A stretch of DNA of 64,000 bases from an uncultured bacterium (lineage in GTDB: Bacteria > Hinthialibacterota > Hinthialibacteria > OLB16), in NCBI GenBank assembly GCA_964481775.1, contig CAYZUX010000002.1:20221-84220 (forward strand). The letters are read 5' to 3'. The position numbers and the translations under genes were made by a program. The notes under the pieces were generated by a model that was not told where the DNA came from, ran no database searches, and saw only the letters and a program-made list of their open reading frames with translations. Below are positions 37,218 through 47,144 of the stretch, in pieces (position 1 is the first letter of the stretch; every line of letters begins with the position of its first letter).

Positions 37218-37293
37218 GGATTCCCGCTTTCGCGGGAATGACGAAGCGAGCAAGAACATTCGGAAATCGTCATTCCCGCGAAAGCGGGAATCC
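37218..37293. repeat. Perfect 27-bp inverted repeat (22-nt spacer); each arm is itself a sub-palindrome (cruciform-capable element)
   Basis: ggattcccgctttcgcgggaatgacga at 37218-37244 is the exact reverse complement of tcgtcattcccgcgaaagcgggaatcc at 37267-37293. Inner hairpin ttcccgc-tttc-gcgggaa. Intergenic between two minus-strand genes. Confidence 0.85.
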
Positions 37294-37346
37294 ACTGCAA
37301 CTCCCCATATTCGGATTCTTCAACGGATTCCGATCATGGAATCAAC

Positions 37347-38174
37347 TCAGTTCTTGCCGCGATCCGACCCGGTGTCATCGCCCTCATTATCCGAGCGCTC
37401 CGGGAAGGTTCCCGTGTCAGTGTCTTCATCGTTCTCATCGCCATGCTCGCCTGGACCAAACTGTGAGCCACCGCCAGGTAGAACGCCTTGTGCACCACCA
37501 GCGCGTCCAGTCTGGGTGGTACCACCCATCGAGCCTTGGATAAAGGTTCCATTCGGTTCGATATCCAGTGTGTCACCATCATCCAGAAGCCGCCTGCTCT
37601 TCCTCGTCCTCGGGTCGAGGATCGCAATTTTTCCGCGGAAAACACGGAACTTCACTTTGGGATTGCCTTGGACAGCAGGAAGGACCCTGGTACTGAACTT
37701 GGTTCCACGGACCGCGGCGACAGCGGTTGGGGTCTGGACCTCGAAACGTTCCGAGTTGGGATCGATCTTGCGGACATTCGCTATCACATGTCCTTCCGCA
37801 ACACGAACTCCTATGGTTTCGCCTCCACTGGCAACATCTGTAAAAAGCTCATTGAGTTTCACTCGAGAGCGCTCATCGATCTCAACCGTGGTTTGAGAAG
37901 GAGCCTCGCTTCCCGCAGGACCGGTCTTTCCCTCGATCAACAATTTGACACGGGATTTCGGCCCAGTCAGCAGGATGTGTCCCTGCTCCAGCCGGGTTTT
38001 ATTCACCTGGACAATAAACCGTTCCGGAGAACCTTCCTTGTAGAACTGCGCCTTCCCCGCTGCCTCGATGACCAGAGCGGTGAGTTGGGGGGGATTGGCG
38101 GGTTGAGCCTGCACGGTCAAAGCAGAGATGCAGGCAAGGAAACTGACCCTGAGGAAGGTAGAGATTGTGCGCAT
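37347..38174 (-). CDS. Secreted FecR-domain-like protein with acidic C-terminal tail
   Basis: Signal peptide MRTISTFLRVSFLACISALTVQAQP. FecR-like TAVAAVRGTKFSTRV. D/E/G-rich C-terminus. Confidence 0.45.
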   Translation of the reverse strand: MRTISTFLRVSFLACISALTVQAQPANPPQLTALVIEAAGKAQFYKEGSPERFIVQVNKTRLEQGHILLTGPKSRVKLLIEGKTGPAGSEAPSQTTVEIDERSRVKLNELFTDVASGGETIGVRVAEGHVIANVRKIDPNSERFEVQTPTAVAAVRGTKFSTRVLPAVQGNPKVKFRVFRGKIAILDPRTRKSRRLLDDGDTLDIEPNGTFIQGSMGGTTQTGRAGGAQGVLPGGGSQFGPGEHGDENDEDTDTGTFPERSDNEGDDTGSDRGKN

Positions 38175-38287
38175 TTGCGAGCTCCTTACGAGTGTGCGAA
38201 GATCTTATGGGATGCCTTTCGATTCTCCAAGTCAGAAAATCATCTTACCTTTAGTATAGCCGCTTCCACGAAGATGACACGTAGAGA

Positions 38288-39820
38288 TTATGCTTCGTTC
38301 CCCGCCAGCATGGGGGAGAGGGCATTCTTGGCCTTATCACGGATCCCTTGCGGGATGGTTCTCTGAAGGAGCTGAACCGCGTAAGGGGCCTGTCCAGGGA
38401 AAAAGAACTGGAGGCGCTCAGGGTGGTTTCTGAAGAACCGTGAGGCCGCCAGCCTGCGGATCAGACCGGGTGAGCGGTATTGCGAGAGAAGGTAGAGACG
38501 ATTGAAAAAGGCATAGCGTTTTTCATCCAATGGATGAGTATCCTTCTGCTCCTCGTAAACCCGGGTCAATTCGTAATTGGGAAAATAAGACAGATAACTG
38601 AGCGTGTCGCTGCCAATCTTGACCGGTTGGGGCATTGCCAGCAACAGGTCAAGGGTTTTCTGGCAGTCCTCCTCGGTCTCAAGTGGGTTATTGGTGATGA
38701 TATCGATGGAATACTCAATGCCCGCCTCGGAGAGATTGCGCGCTGCCTCCAGCACCATGTCGCGTGGCGCGGGACGTCCATACTGGTTGATCAAGACCTC
38801 CTCGCTCCCGCTCTGGACTCCCATACGCACCTCGACCTCCCCGGCGCTCTTTAGGAGTGCACAGATATTCCTGTCACATTGCTGGGGGTAAACATAAGCC
38901 CAATAAGGCAACCCAATTTCGGCTTTATAACGGGGGAGAAAGACCTTCAGCCATTCCTTGTGGATCGAGAAGATGTCATCCCAGAAATGGATCTTCTTGA
39001 CGTTATATCGGGCTTTGACGGTCTTCAGGATTTCAAGGGCATAATCCACACTGTGACGGCGGACATAGCGTTGCCCCTTGTACATGTCATGGAGCACGTT
39101 GTGAATACAGAAGGTGCACTTGTAGGGGCAACCACGCGATGTGCTGAAAAGGAAATCATCCCAACAGTCACGGTCCACACGGGGCCAGAGTCCATCCCAG
39201 CTGATCTCGAACTTGTCCTGAGGCTCGAAGTCTGGGAGTGGTAAACGGTCCAGGTCCTGGATCAGGGGACGCAGGCTATTGCGGAAGACCTTGCCATTTT
39301 CTTTGGCCCAGATGTTCTGGATCCCGGTAAGGTCTCCTTTTCTGTCCCAGGCAGCAGCAAACTCAGCGAGGGGGTCCTCGCCCTCGCTGATGCACAGGTA
39401 ATCCGCGAACTGGATATCAAACTCCGGGTTAACGGTCGGTTCGATTCCACCCCAGATCACCTTCAGCCCCAATTCATTACGGATCCGTTCGGTGACTTCC
39501 CTTGCAGTGTTGATGAACTTGGAGGTCAGACTGATTCCCACAAAGTCACACTTGCGTTCACGAATCAGATCGATAAGGAGCTTCCATTCCGTCTCCGAAA
39601 TCCGTCGCGGATAACAGTAGGCAATCTCGCCGCGCGAACAAAGGCCGACATTGACCTCATCGATCACTGGTTCAGGTGGGAAATCGGCCTTCATCAGAAC
39701 CTCATACTGCTTAAGGTAGATGACAGTGACCTCATGGCCATGCTGCTTGAGGTATGCCGACAGGTAGCGGATACCAAGTGCCACCGTGTCATACATTGAA
39801 ATCAGGGCAATACGTGCCAT
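38288..39820 (-). CDS. B12-binding domain radical SAM enzyme (class B rSAM)
   Basis: N-terminal cobalamin-binding fold (MARIALISMYDTVALGIRYLSAYLKQHGHEV) and rSAM cluster TSRGCPYKCTFCIH. Confidence 0.8.
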   Translation of the reverse strand: MARIALISMYDTVALGIRYLSAYLKQHGHEVTVIYLKQYEVLMKADFPPEPVIDEVNVGLCSRGEIAYCYPRRISETEWKLLIDLIRERKCDFVGISLTSKFINTAREVTERIRNELGLKVIWGGIEPTVNPEFDIQFADYLCISEGEDPLAEFAAAWDRKGDLTGIQNIWAKENGKVFRNSLRPLIQDLDRLPLPDFEPQDKFEISWDGLWPRVDRDCWDDFLFSTSRGCPYKCTFCIHNVLHDMYKGQRYVRRHSVDYALEILKTVKARYNVKKIHFWDDIFSIHKEWLKVFLPRYKAEIGLPYWAYVYPQQCDRNICALLKSAGEVEVRMGVQSGSEEVLINQYGRPAPRDMVLEAARNLSEAGIEYSIDIITNNPLETEEDCQKTLDLLLAMPQPVKIGSDTLSYLSYFPNYELTRVYEEQKDTHPLDEKRYAFFNRLYLLSQYRSPGLIRRLAASRFFRNHPERLQFFFPGQAPYAVQLLQRTIPQGIRDKAKNALSPMLAGNEA

Positions 39821-39896
39821 GAGGATAGGTCCCTTCTGTGTAAACCTTATTTTCTGGCCGGGTTAGACTATAGTCAACCGGAAACCAAATGCCACC

Positions 39897-40706
39897 ATGC
39901 AACCCATTCAGCCCCCCTCCAAGACTCTGCTCAGCCGGATCCGCAAACTCCAGACCCGCAAGGGACGCGAAGAGAGTCATCGATTTCTGGCCGAGGGATA
40001 CAAATTGGTCAAAGAATGCCTCACTGCTGGTGTATGTTGTCATTCCCTGATCTTTTCAGATGATTTTCCCGAGTCTTGCCAGGAGGAACTGACTTCATGG
40101 CTCCTCCCCCTTGCTCATGTTACCGCAACCATGATGGATCGTGCGGCTTTTGACCGTCTATGTGACACACAAACCCCACAGGGAGTTCTCGGTGAGTTCG
40201 ATCAGCCCGCAGCCCCCGGTTTGTCCATGCTGGAGTCTGGCCTCGGATTGGTGATAGTTCTCGACGAGGTTCAGGACCCAGGTAATGTGGGAACCTCGAT
40301 CCGGGTGGCGGCGGGGTTAGGCGCCAGGGGAGTGGTGCTCACTCATGGGTGTGCCGATTTGTGGAATCCCAAGGTGGTGCGTGCCTCGGCGGGGGCTGTG
40401 TTCCATATTCCGGTTTGGAGTGGAGTAAACTCAATGGAGATGGCGCAAATCCTCCCTTCCAAGGGGTATGCAGTCTGGGTGGCGGATGCTTCAGGGGCAT
40501 CGCTTTTTGAGGAGAAAAAGAGTCCCGAGCGACTGGCGCTTGTGATGGGAAACGAAGCCCATGGTGCTTCCCTGGCCTGGTTCGAGATCCCTGGCAGCAA
40601 ACGGATCGGCCTTCCCATGGCTCATGGGGTGGAGTCCCTGAATGTGGGAACTGCTTTGGCGGCAATACTGGGTTGGATATGGGGAAACAGATTATCCCCC
40701 GGTTAA
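39897..40706 (+). CDS. TrmH/SpoU family RNA 2'-O-methyltransferase (RlmB-like)
   Basis: SpoU motif 1 VIVLDEVQDPGNVGTSIRVAAGLG; motifs 2/3 LVMGNEAHG and GVESLNVGTALA. Confidence 0.8.
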   Translation: MQPIQPPSKTLLSRIRKLQTRKGREESHRFLAEGYKLVKECLTAGVCCHSLIFSDDFPESCQEELTSWLLPLAHVTATMMDRAAFDRLCDTQTPQGVLGEFDQPAAPGLSMLESGLGLVIVLDEVQDPGNVGTSIRVAAGLGARGVVLTHGCADLWNPKVVRASAGAVFHIPVWSGVNSMEMAQILPSKGYAVWVADASGASLFEEKKSPERLALVMGNEAHGASLAWFEIPGSKRIGLPMAHGVESLNVGTALAAILGWIWGNRLSPG

Positions 40707-40736
40707 TTTTCCGTGATTGAGGCAGCCTGTACCGCA

Positions 40737-42038
40737 TCACCTGGGAAACAAATCCATCGCCAAATCACGGAATCCTCGAACCCGGTGTACAGTCGCCAAG
40801 TCGGCATCATGCTGATCCCTGCCATTGACAGATGTCCGTGAGAGGACCACCAGGTCTTCTCCATCCACCAACGCGGCAGGATACATAAATGACTGGTGCG
40901 GATCCCGTGTGTTGGCGATACATCCAGCGGGAAACCAATTCAACGCATCCACACTGTAAGACAGCATCAGGAAACGTCGGTCGTTGCCAGGACCACCCGC
41001 GAACCGTTTGTTTTCCCGGATACGGTCCCACTGAAAAACAACCCCCTGTGAGTCTGCGGGCAGGTTGGCGGTCATCCAGAAAAGGCCTGATTTCTCATCA
41101 TGCAGGATGAAGAACTTGTTCTGTCCACCGGGCATCGGATAGAACTGAGTGAAGCGGAGATCCATTTTTCCACCATCCTCAGAAAGGTCGCAGACTGCTG
41201 CCAGGCCAGCTGTGGCATAGCCATCAAGCACCGTTCGAGACATAACCCGGATCTGCCCTTGTACAAGAACCACATTGGGCTCCAACCAACTGTCATCCGG
41301 CCACTGCTCCCATTCGGGCAACATGACAGGATACATTCCCCGAACAACCTCTCGTGGTGTGGACGGTTTTGGGGCTTCACTGGACATACGCCATGCGGAT
41401 GAAGACAACAGATCCTGGCCAAGATCACCCGCAATCACCACCGTCCCACCCTGGTAGCCACCGCTGTTGAGTGCCCAGTAAAGCCGGTTTTGGTGGATGA
41501 CCATCCCAGTGTGGCAATTCCAGTAAGAACCCTGGAACAATAACACCGGTTGAGACCAGGTTTCTCCCTCATCCAGGCTCTTCACGAGCGAGACATTCTC
41601 CCATTTAGCTGGCTGGACAAACATGTAAGTGACACCCTCATGAACAAAGGGGGTGGCATCTGAATAAGGAAGGGTTGGAAGAGGTGTCCAGGTCTTTCCT
41701 CCATCCAAACTGCGTGAGAGAAAAGTCTGCCAGGATCGCACCCCATGCCAGTCATCGGTAGCTCGTTCCAGGCAGGGCGCTGCTACCAGTAAACCACCGG
41801 AAGGCAGACGGACAATGCCTGGATCATGGATGTAATAGCGACCCGTCTCGGGGACACGGGTTGCGATCCAGTAATCCTGAACCAAGGGTGTCATCATTCC
41901 TCCCTGGAGATGCTGGCTCGATCCTAACAGGAAAAGCAGGGATATCAGACACCTTGTCACCCGGAGAATGACATCTGTCCGAGACGGCATGGCAGGTTTC
42001 CTGCCCCCGGATTCCCGGTACATGGCCAGACCAGACAC
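40737..42038 (-). CDS. Secreted BNR/Asp-box sialidase-like glycosyl hydrolase
   Basis: N-terminal hydrophobic signal region. Asp-boxes SLDGGKTWTP, SLDEGETWSQ, SEDGGKMD. The start may be internal. Confidence 0.55.
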   Translation of the reverse strand: MSGLAMYRESGGRKPAMPSRTDVILRVTRCLISLLFLLGSSQHLQGGMMTPLVQDYWIATRVPETGRYYIHDPGIVRLPSGGLLVAAPCLERATDDWHGVRSWQTFLSRSLDGGKTWTPLPTLPYSDATPFVHEGVTYMFVQPAKWENVSLVKSLDEGETWSQPVLLFQGSYWNCHTGMVIHQNRLYWALNSGGYQGGTVVIAGDLGQDLLSSSAWRMSSEAPKPSTPREVVRGMYPVMLPEWEQWPDDSWLEPNVVLVQGQIRVMSRTVLDGYATAGLAAVCDLSEDGGKMDLRFTQFYPMPGGQNKFFILHDEKSGLFWMTANLPADSQGVVFQWDRIRENKRFAGGPGNDRRFLMLSYSVDALNWFPAGCIANTRDPHQSFMYPAALVDGEDLVVLSRTSVNGRDQHDADLATVHRVRGFRDLAMDLFPR

Positions 42039-42049
42039 TTGTGGATTCC

Positions 42050-43786
42050 CTATTTTGCGGCTTGCTGAAGCATCTCTTCGGCCAGACGCAGGCTTCCCTC
42101 GCTGGCATCGGTTCCCATCATGCGAGCCAGCTCCTCGGCCCGTGCCTGGCCCTCCAGGGGGGTAATCCGGACCAAGGTCTTCTGCCCATTCGTCTCCTTA
42201 TCAATCCGCAGATGGTGATCCCCTTTGGAGGCAATCGGTGCGAGATGGGTAATACACAGGACTTGGCGTTCGGCGGAGAGGGATTTGATCTTGCCTCCAA
42301 CCACGTGCGCAGTTTTTCCTCCAATCCCCGAGTCGATCTCATCGAAGACCAGGACATCCACTCCATCCACTCTTGCCAGCACCGCCTTGATGGCCAACAT
42401 CACCCGTGAGATCTCGCCGCCGGAGGCTACTTGCTTGAGAGTTTTAAGCGGTTCCCCTGGATTCGTGGAGATGCGGAAATGAACCACATCCCAACCCGTA
42501 CTGGTAATGGGGGATTCATCATCCTGCGGGTAGTTCATGCGGAGCACGCTGGGAGCGGTAGCGGGATCGATCATGGCCACTTCAGCTTCAAAACGTGCTG
42601 CCGGCATCCCGAGTTGACGCAATTCCAGGGTGATTTCACCACTCAGTTGCTTGGCCACCTTCCGGCGTTTCTTGGACAGTTCGGTGGCTTGCCTGCCAAG
42701 ATCCTGGGTTATTTTCTGAAGTTTCTTTTCAAGACTGGAACGCTCTTCTTCAAAGTTCTCCAGGCGGTCCAGTTCGGTCTTGGACTCACCCAGGAAAGAA
42801 AGGACTTCTTCAATGGAGTTCCCATACTTACGCTTGAGGTTATGGATCAGATGCAACCGTCCCTCGATTTCATCCAAACGTCCCGGTTGGAACTCCAGGG
42901 ATTCATGATACTTGCGGACAGTGGAAGCCAACTCCTCAAGGACATATCCTGCACTTTCGGCATGGTTTCTGGCTGCAGCGATATCGGGATCCCGTTGGGC
43001 CATGTCTTCCAGACGAGATTGCACCTGCCCCATTGCACGAAGGACTCCCAAAGTGTCCTCCTCATCCCCTTCCAGTAATGCCAAAACCGCTGCTGAATGC
43101 TCATTGAGCGATTCGAAGTTTCTCAGCCGCCTTTTTTCGGCACCAAGTTCCTCTTCCTCGCCGGGACGCAGCTCAGCCTCTTCAATCTCACCAATCTGGA
43201 ATTTCAGCTGGTCCAGCAGACGGTGCCTTTCACGTTCCTGGGTGATCAAATCGAGCTGCCGTTGATGGGTTTCCCGCCATTCCTCATAGGTTTGTCCCAG
43301 CCGTTCCGAATCTTCGGAAAGTTCACCAAAAGCATCCAGGATTCCCAGGTAATTTTTCGGATTGAGCAAGGTCTGATGATCATGTTGACCATGGAGATCC
43401 ACCAGAAGGCCGCCAATCTCATTCAAAGCCGCCAGGGTAGTCGTGGAATTGTTCACAAAACAACGGTTTTTTCCGGCACGATTGAGAGTTCTTTTGAGGA
43501 TCAGGGAGTCATCCATTTCCAAGCCCGCATCCTCCATAAAAGCCGTCAGACGTTTGTAGCCTGGACTGTTCGAGTCTAATTCAAAGACCGCCTCCACGGT
43601 TGCCTGATCCTGCCCTTGACGGATCGAATCGCTGGAGGAACGCTCTCCGAGCACCATCGACAGAGCATCCATGACAATTGTTTTGCCAGCACCAGTCTCT
43701 CCGGTGATGACATTGAGCCCTTTTTGGAGTTTGAGATCGGCAGATTCAATCAGAACAAAGTTTCGTATCGACAGATCGGTCAACAT
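42050..43786 (-). CDS. recN: DNA repair protein RecN
   Basis: Start at MLTDLSIRNF; the track start 50 codons upstream is discarded. Walker A GETGAGKT, long coiled coil, C-terminal signature. Confidence 0.9.
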   Translation of the reverse strand: MLTDLSIRNFVLIESADLKLQKGLNVITGETGAGKTIVMDALSMVLGERSSSDSIRQGQDQATVEAVFELDSNSPGYKRLTAFMEDAGLEMDDSLILKRTLNRAGKNRCFVNNSTTTLAALNEIGGLLVDLHGQHDHQTLLNPKNYLGILDAFGELSEDSERLGQTYEEWRETHQRQLDLITQERERHRLLDQLKFQIGEIEEAELRPGEEEELGAEKRRLRNFESLNEHSAAVLALLEGDEEDTLGVLRAMGQVQSRLEDMAQRDPDIAAARNHAESAGYVLEELASTVRKYHESLEFQPGRLDEIEGRLHLIHNLKRKYGNSIEEVLSFLGESKTELDRLENFEEERSSLEKKLQKITQDLGRQATELSKKRRKVAKQLSGEITLELRQLGMPAARFEAEVAMIDPATAPSVLRMNYPQDDESPITSTGWDVVHFRISTNPGEPLKTLKQVASGGEISRVMLAIKAVLARVDGVDVLVFDEIDSGIGGKTAHVVGGKIKSLSAERQVLCITHLAPIASKGDHHLRIDKETNGQKTLVRITPLEGQARAEELARMMGTDASEGSLRLAEEMLQQAAK

Positions 43787-43975
43787 GGGAATGATCTCCC
43801 CCTTTGTGTTCTTAAATAGAACGGCGAGGTTGATGGCGAGAAAAACCAATTCTAATGTAGCGTAATCTGACACATTTGTCAAATTTGATTTATCACACAA
43901 TGGATGGGTTGTGATCCGGATTGCGGCGTATTCCATGGTCGTTTAGGCTTGTATCCGGCAAGGAGGAACCCAAAA

Positions 43976-45271
43976 ATGAACTTCTGGAAGATAATCATAC
44001 TGACCGGGGTGGTCTTGAACATGCTTCTCACAGGTGTGGGATACGGGCAAGTCAGCTATTTTGTGGATTGCCGTATAGAAGGAGCGGTGGGAGATGGATT
44101 GACCGATGATACCGCGGCTATCCAGTCCGCGCTGAACAAGGCGGGTCTCCAACAAGGGGGGGTGGTTTTACTCCCCGCTGGTTACTACCGGATCGAGGGA
44201 AACCTGACCATTCCTTCCGGAGTCACACTCCAGGGGATCTGGGACAGCCCTCACCATGAGGACCAGACATGGGGGAGCTCTCTTTTCGCGATTTCCGGAG
44301 CGGGACAAGCCACCGGTACTCCCCTCATCAATCTCTCCCCCAGTAGCGCCGTACGGGGACTCAAGATCTTTTACCCCCAGCAGGATGTGAACAATATCAA
44401 ACCCTATCCCTATGCAATCCGTGGCAGTGGCATGGAGTGCACAGTGGACAATGTCACCCTGGTGAATGCCTACCAGGGCATTGATTTCACCCCGGCGCAT
44501 GAGCTTCATACCATTCGCTATGTGCGTGGGTGTGTCCTCAAACAAGGGATCATTGTGGACAACTGCACCGATATCGGACGGATTGAAAATGTCCACTTCA
44601 ATCCCCATTACTGGGCCCGTGCCAAATCCGCTCCCGGATACACCGGATTCCCCGGTAATGGCTGGGATACGCTGGTAAACTATGTCAACAACAATCTGGA
44701 TGTGTTCATTTTCGCCCGCAGTGACTGGGAGTATGTGTTCAATACCTTTGCCTGGGGATTCAAGACCTGTTACCGGTTCGTGGATCGCGGAAATGGCAGT
44801 TGCAATGGGAACTTCCTGGGTATTGGGGCCGATGGGGGCCAGTATTGCGTGTGGGTGGAAAAGACTCAGCCCCCTGGATTACTCATCACCAATGGGCAGT
44901 TCGTATCCTTTGCAGGAACTAATCCAACAGAAATCTTTACAACCCCAGGGTTTACAGGCGTCGTTCAACTTTCCAACTGCTCATTCTGGGGACCCACCAA
45001 ACGCTGTGTCTACCAGCAGGGGAATGGTCTGGTTTCTCTACACCAATGCAACTTCCGTGAGTGGAACAACTCAGTTCCCGCGGTGGAGGTGGTCAGCGGT
45101 GAGCTGACTGTCACCAACTGTAATTTCGCCCTTAATCAAAAGCATATCAAAGTCAACAGCGGAGCGGGTAAACCAATCCTGGCAAATAACCGTTACAAGG
45201 GAAGTGCCCAAATTGAGGGGGCTGTGGAAGGTTCCAGCAGCGCCGATAACGGCACTGAGCTTTACAAGTAA
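43976..45271 (+). CDS. Secreted right-handed beta-helix protein (pectate-lyase-3/GH28-55-like)
   Basis: Signal MNFWKIIILTGVVLNMLLTGVGYGQ. N-terminal VDCRIEGAVGDGLTDDTAAIQSAL typical of the Pectate_lyase_3 superfamily. AAGGAGGA RBS before the ATG at 43976. Confidence 0.65.
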   Translation: MNFWKIIILTGVVLNMLLTGVGYGQVSYFVDCRIEGAVGDGLTDDTAAIQSALNKAGLQQGGVVLLPAGYYRIEGNLTIPSGVTLQGIWDSPHHEDQTWGSSLFAISGAGQATGTPLINLSPSSAVRGLKIFYPQQDVNNIKPYPYAIRGSGMECTVDNVTLVNAYQGIDFTPAHELHTIRYVRGCVLKQGIIVDNCTDIGRIENVHFNPHYWARAKSAPGYTGFPGNGWDTLVNYVNNNLDVFIFARSDWEYVFNTFAWGFKTCYRFVDRGNGSCNGNFLGIGADGGQYCVWVEKTQPPGLLITNGQFVSFAGTNPTEIFTTPGFTGVVQLSNCSFWGPTKRCVYQQGNGLVSLHQCNFREWNNSVPAVEVVSGELTVTNCNFALNQKHIKVNSGAGKPILANNRYKGSAQIEGAVEGSSSADNGTELYK

Positions 45272-45291
45272 GGAGGCGTTGAGAATCTTCA

Positions 45292-46122
45292 ATGAGACTG
45301 ACCCTGGGACACAGCCCGGATCCTGATGATGCCTTCATGTTCTACGCCCTCGCGAAGGACAAGATCGATCAGCGGGGTTATCAGTTTGAGCACATACTGC
45401 AGGATATCGAGACGCTCAATCGACGCGCGTTGCGTGGCGAGCTCGACATCACCGCCATCTCGGTTCATGCCTATGCCAGCGTCCTCGACAAGTATGCCCT
45501 TCTTCCCAGCGGTTCGAGCATGGGGGATGGATATGGCCCCATGGTGGTGGCGAAAAAACCCGTTATGCTCAGTGATCTTCCAGGTTTGAAAATCTCGATC
45601 CCTGGTGAGATGACCACTGCCTTCCTGGCGCTCAACCTGTGCATCGGAAAGTTTTCGTATGAAATCGTCCCCTTCGACCGGATTTTCGAACACGTGGAGA
45701 GCGGCAAGTCCGATGCGGGGTTGATTATCCACGAGGGCCAGTTGACCTGGGCGGAGCGAGGACTCAATCTGGTAGTCGACTTGGGAGTCTGGTGGCAACA
45801 GGAGACAGGGCTTCCCCTCCCCCTGGGGGCCAATGCGATTCGAAAAGATCTCGGTACAAAGGTGATGAGTGAAGTTTCGGACCTGTTGCACGAGTCGATC
45901 CAGTACAGCCTCGATCACCGTGCCGAAGCGGTGCAACATGCCCTGCAATGGGCACGTGACATGGAGGCCCCTCTTGCCGACAAGTTCGTCGGCATGTATG
46001 TCAACCACTGGACACTGGATTACGGAGCACGCGGAAGAGAGGCAATCAGAGCCCTGTTGCGCGCCGGATATGAAAAAGGGCTCCTCCCCAATCCCGTGGA
46101 ACTGGAGTTTGTGGGGGGGTAG
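45292..46122 (+). CDS. mqnD: 1,4-dihydroxy-6-naphthoate synthase (futalosine pathway)
   Basis: MRLTLGHSPDPDDAFMFYAL...DIETLNRRALRGELDITAISVHAY...LLPSGSSMGDGYGPMVVAKKP...LIIHEGQLTW match MqnD rather than MqnA. Confidence 0.8.
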   Translation: MRLTLGHSPDPDDAFMFYALAKDKIDQRGYQFEHILQDIETLNRRALRGELDITAISVHAYASVLDKYALLPSGSSMGDGYGPMVVAKKPVMLSDLPGLKISIPGEMTTAFLALNLCIGKFSYEIVPFDRIFEHVESGKSDAGLIIHEGQLTWAERGLNLVVDLGVWWQQETGLPLPLGANAIRKDLGTKVMSEVSDLLHESIQYSLDHRAEAVQHALQWARDMEAPLADKFVGMYVNHWTLDYGARGREAIRALLRAGYEKGLLPNPVELEFVGG

Positions 46123-46141
46123 AACAACTTGGTGGACAGCT

Positions 46142-46235
46142 CCCCCCACCCCACCCTCCCCCGCAAGGGGGGAGGAGATGTGTGAACTGTTATCTTCTTT
46201 TGTTTTCCTCCCCCCTTGCAGGGTAGGGTGGGGGG
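46142..46235. repeat. GC-rich nested palindromic element A (REP-like) between mqnD and rph
   Basis: Outer arms ccccccaccccaccct / agggtagggtgggggg (1 mismatch). Inner hairpin ctccccc-gcaag-gggggag. Confidence 0.7.
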
Positions 46236-46260
46236 ATAGAAAAACTGAAATGGAGACTCC

Positions 46261-46989
46261 ATGACTGAGAGATTCGATGGACGCAAACCGGGGGAGATCC
46301 GCCCGGTCAAGATGACGGTGGGGTTCCTGGAAACCGCCGAGGGCTCCTGCTGGATCGAGTTCGGAAAAACCAAAGTGCTCTGCACCGCGAGTTTCCAGGA
46401 CACACTGCCCAGCTGGAAGACAGACAGTTCCGGCTGGGTGACCGCCGAATATGCAATGTTGCCAAAATCTTCGAAAACCCGCATCTCGCGCGAAATCAAT
46501 CGTCCCAAGGGGCGTACCGCCGAAATCCAGCGCCTGATCGGCCGTTCCATCCGTGCGGTGACGGACTTCGATGCGCTCGGAAACCGGATGGTGAACATCG
46601 ATTGTGATGTTATTCAGGCCGATGGCGGCACGCGCACAGCGGCGGTAACCGGCGCGATGGTGGCCTATTGGGAGGCCTGCCACCTGATGGCAACTGCGGG
46701 AGTCTTTGCCCGCTGGCCGATCCGGGAGCTGCTCGCGGCGGTCAGCGTTGGCAAAGTGAATGGTGAAACCCTTGTGGATCTTTGTTACGCCGAGGACAGC
46801 ACCGCTGAGGTAGACATGAATGTGGTTATGACCGAGTCGGGGGAATTTGTGGAGGTCCAAGGGACCGCCGAATCCAAGCCATTCTCAAAGGCTGATCTGG
46901 ATGAGATGCTCTCCCTTGCAGAAGTGGGGATTCGTGAACTGCTGGCTAAACAGGTGGAGGTGTTGAAGGACCTGAAAGCGCCTGTATAA
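46261..46989 (+). CDS. rph: Ribonuclease PH
   Basis: MTERFDGRKPGEIRPVKMTVGFLETAEGSCWIEFGKTKVLCTASF...TRISREINRPKGRTAEIQRLIGRSIRAV. Confidence 0.95.
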   Translation: MTERFDGRKPGEIRPVKMTVGFLETAEGSCWIEFGKTKVLCTASFQDTLPSWKTDSSGWVTAEYAMLPKSSKTRISREINRPKGRTAEIQRLIGRSIRAVTDFDALGNRMVNIDCDVIQADGGTRTAAVTGAMVAYWEACHLMATAGVFARWPIRELLAAVSVGKVNGETLVDLCYAEDSTAEVDMNVVMTESGEFVEVQGTAESKPFSKADLDEMLSLAEVGIRELLAKQVEVLKDLKAPV

Positions 46990-47012
46990 GGCCGAAAAAA
47001 AACCGGTCAGCT

Positions 47013-47144
47013 GGCCCTGGAGTTGGACTCCAGGGCCAGGGCCTTCTGTGGGAGTTGTACTCCCACAAACCCTAACCTGATCGTAGCTTTCAGCGGAGTT
47101 CAACTCCGCTAAAAGGATTCCGCCCACGAGTGCAACTCGTGGGC
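47013..47144 (+). promoter_or_regulatory. Cluster of four tandem stem-loops sharing GAGT-NNN-ACTC apices in the tyrS leader
   Basis: ggccctggagt-tgg-actccagggcc (47013-47037); gtgggagt-tgt-actcccac (47048-47066); agcggagt-tca-actccgct (47092-47110); gcccacgagt-gca-actcgtgggc (47122-47144). No U-tracts follow. Confidence 0.6.

Noticed and set aside
37060-37896. 278-aa plus-strand ORF running through the palindromic element
   Set aside because: Antisense to the FecR-like gene and reads through the inverted repeat (peptides RFRGND/RESGNP). It is a repeat-translation artefact.
45289-46860. 523-aa minus-strand ORF
   Set aside because: Antisense to mqnD and rph, which are strongly conserved. Composition is low-complexity and Gly/Arg-rich, typical of a GC-rich antisense frame. 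Spurious.
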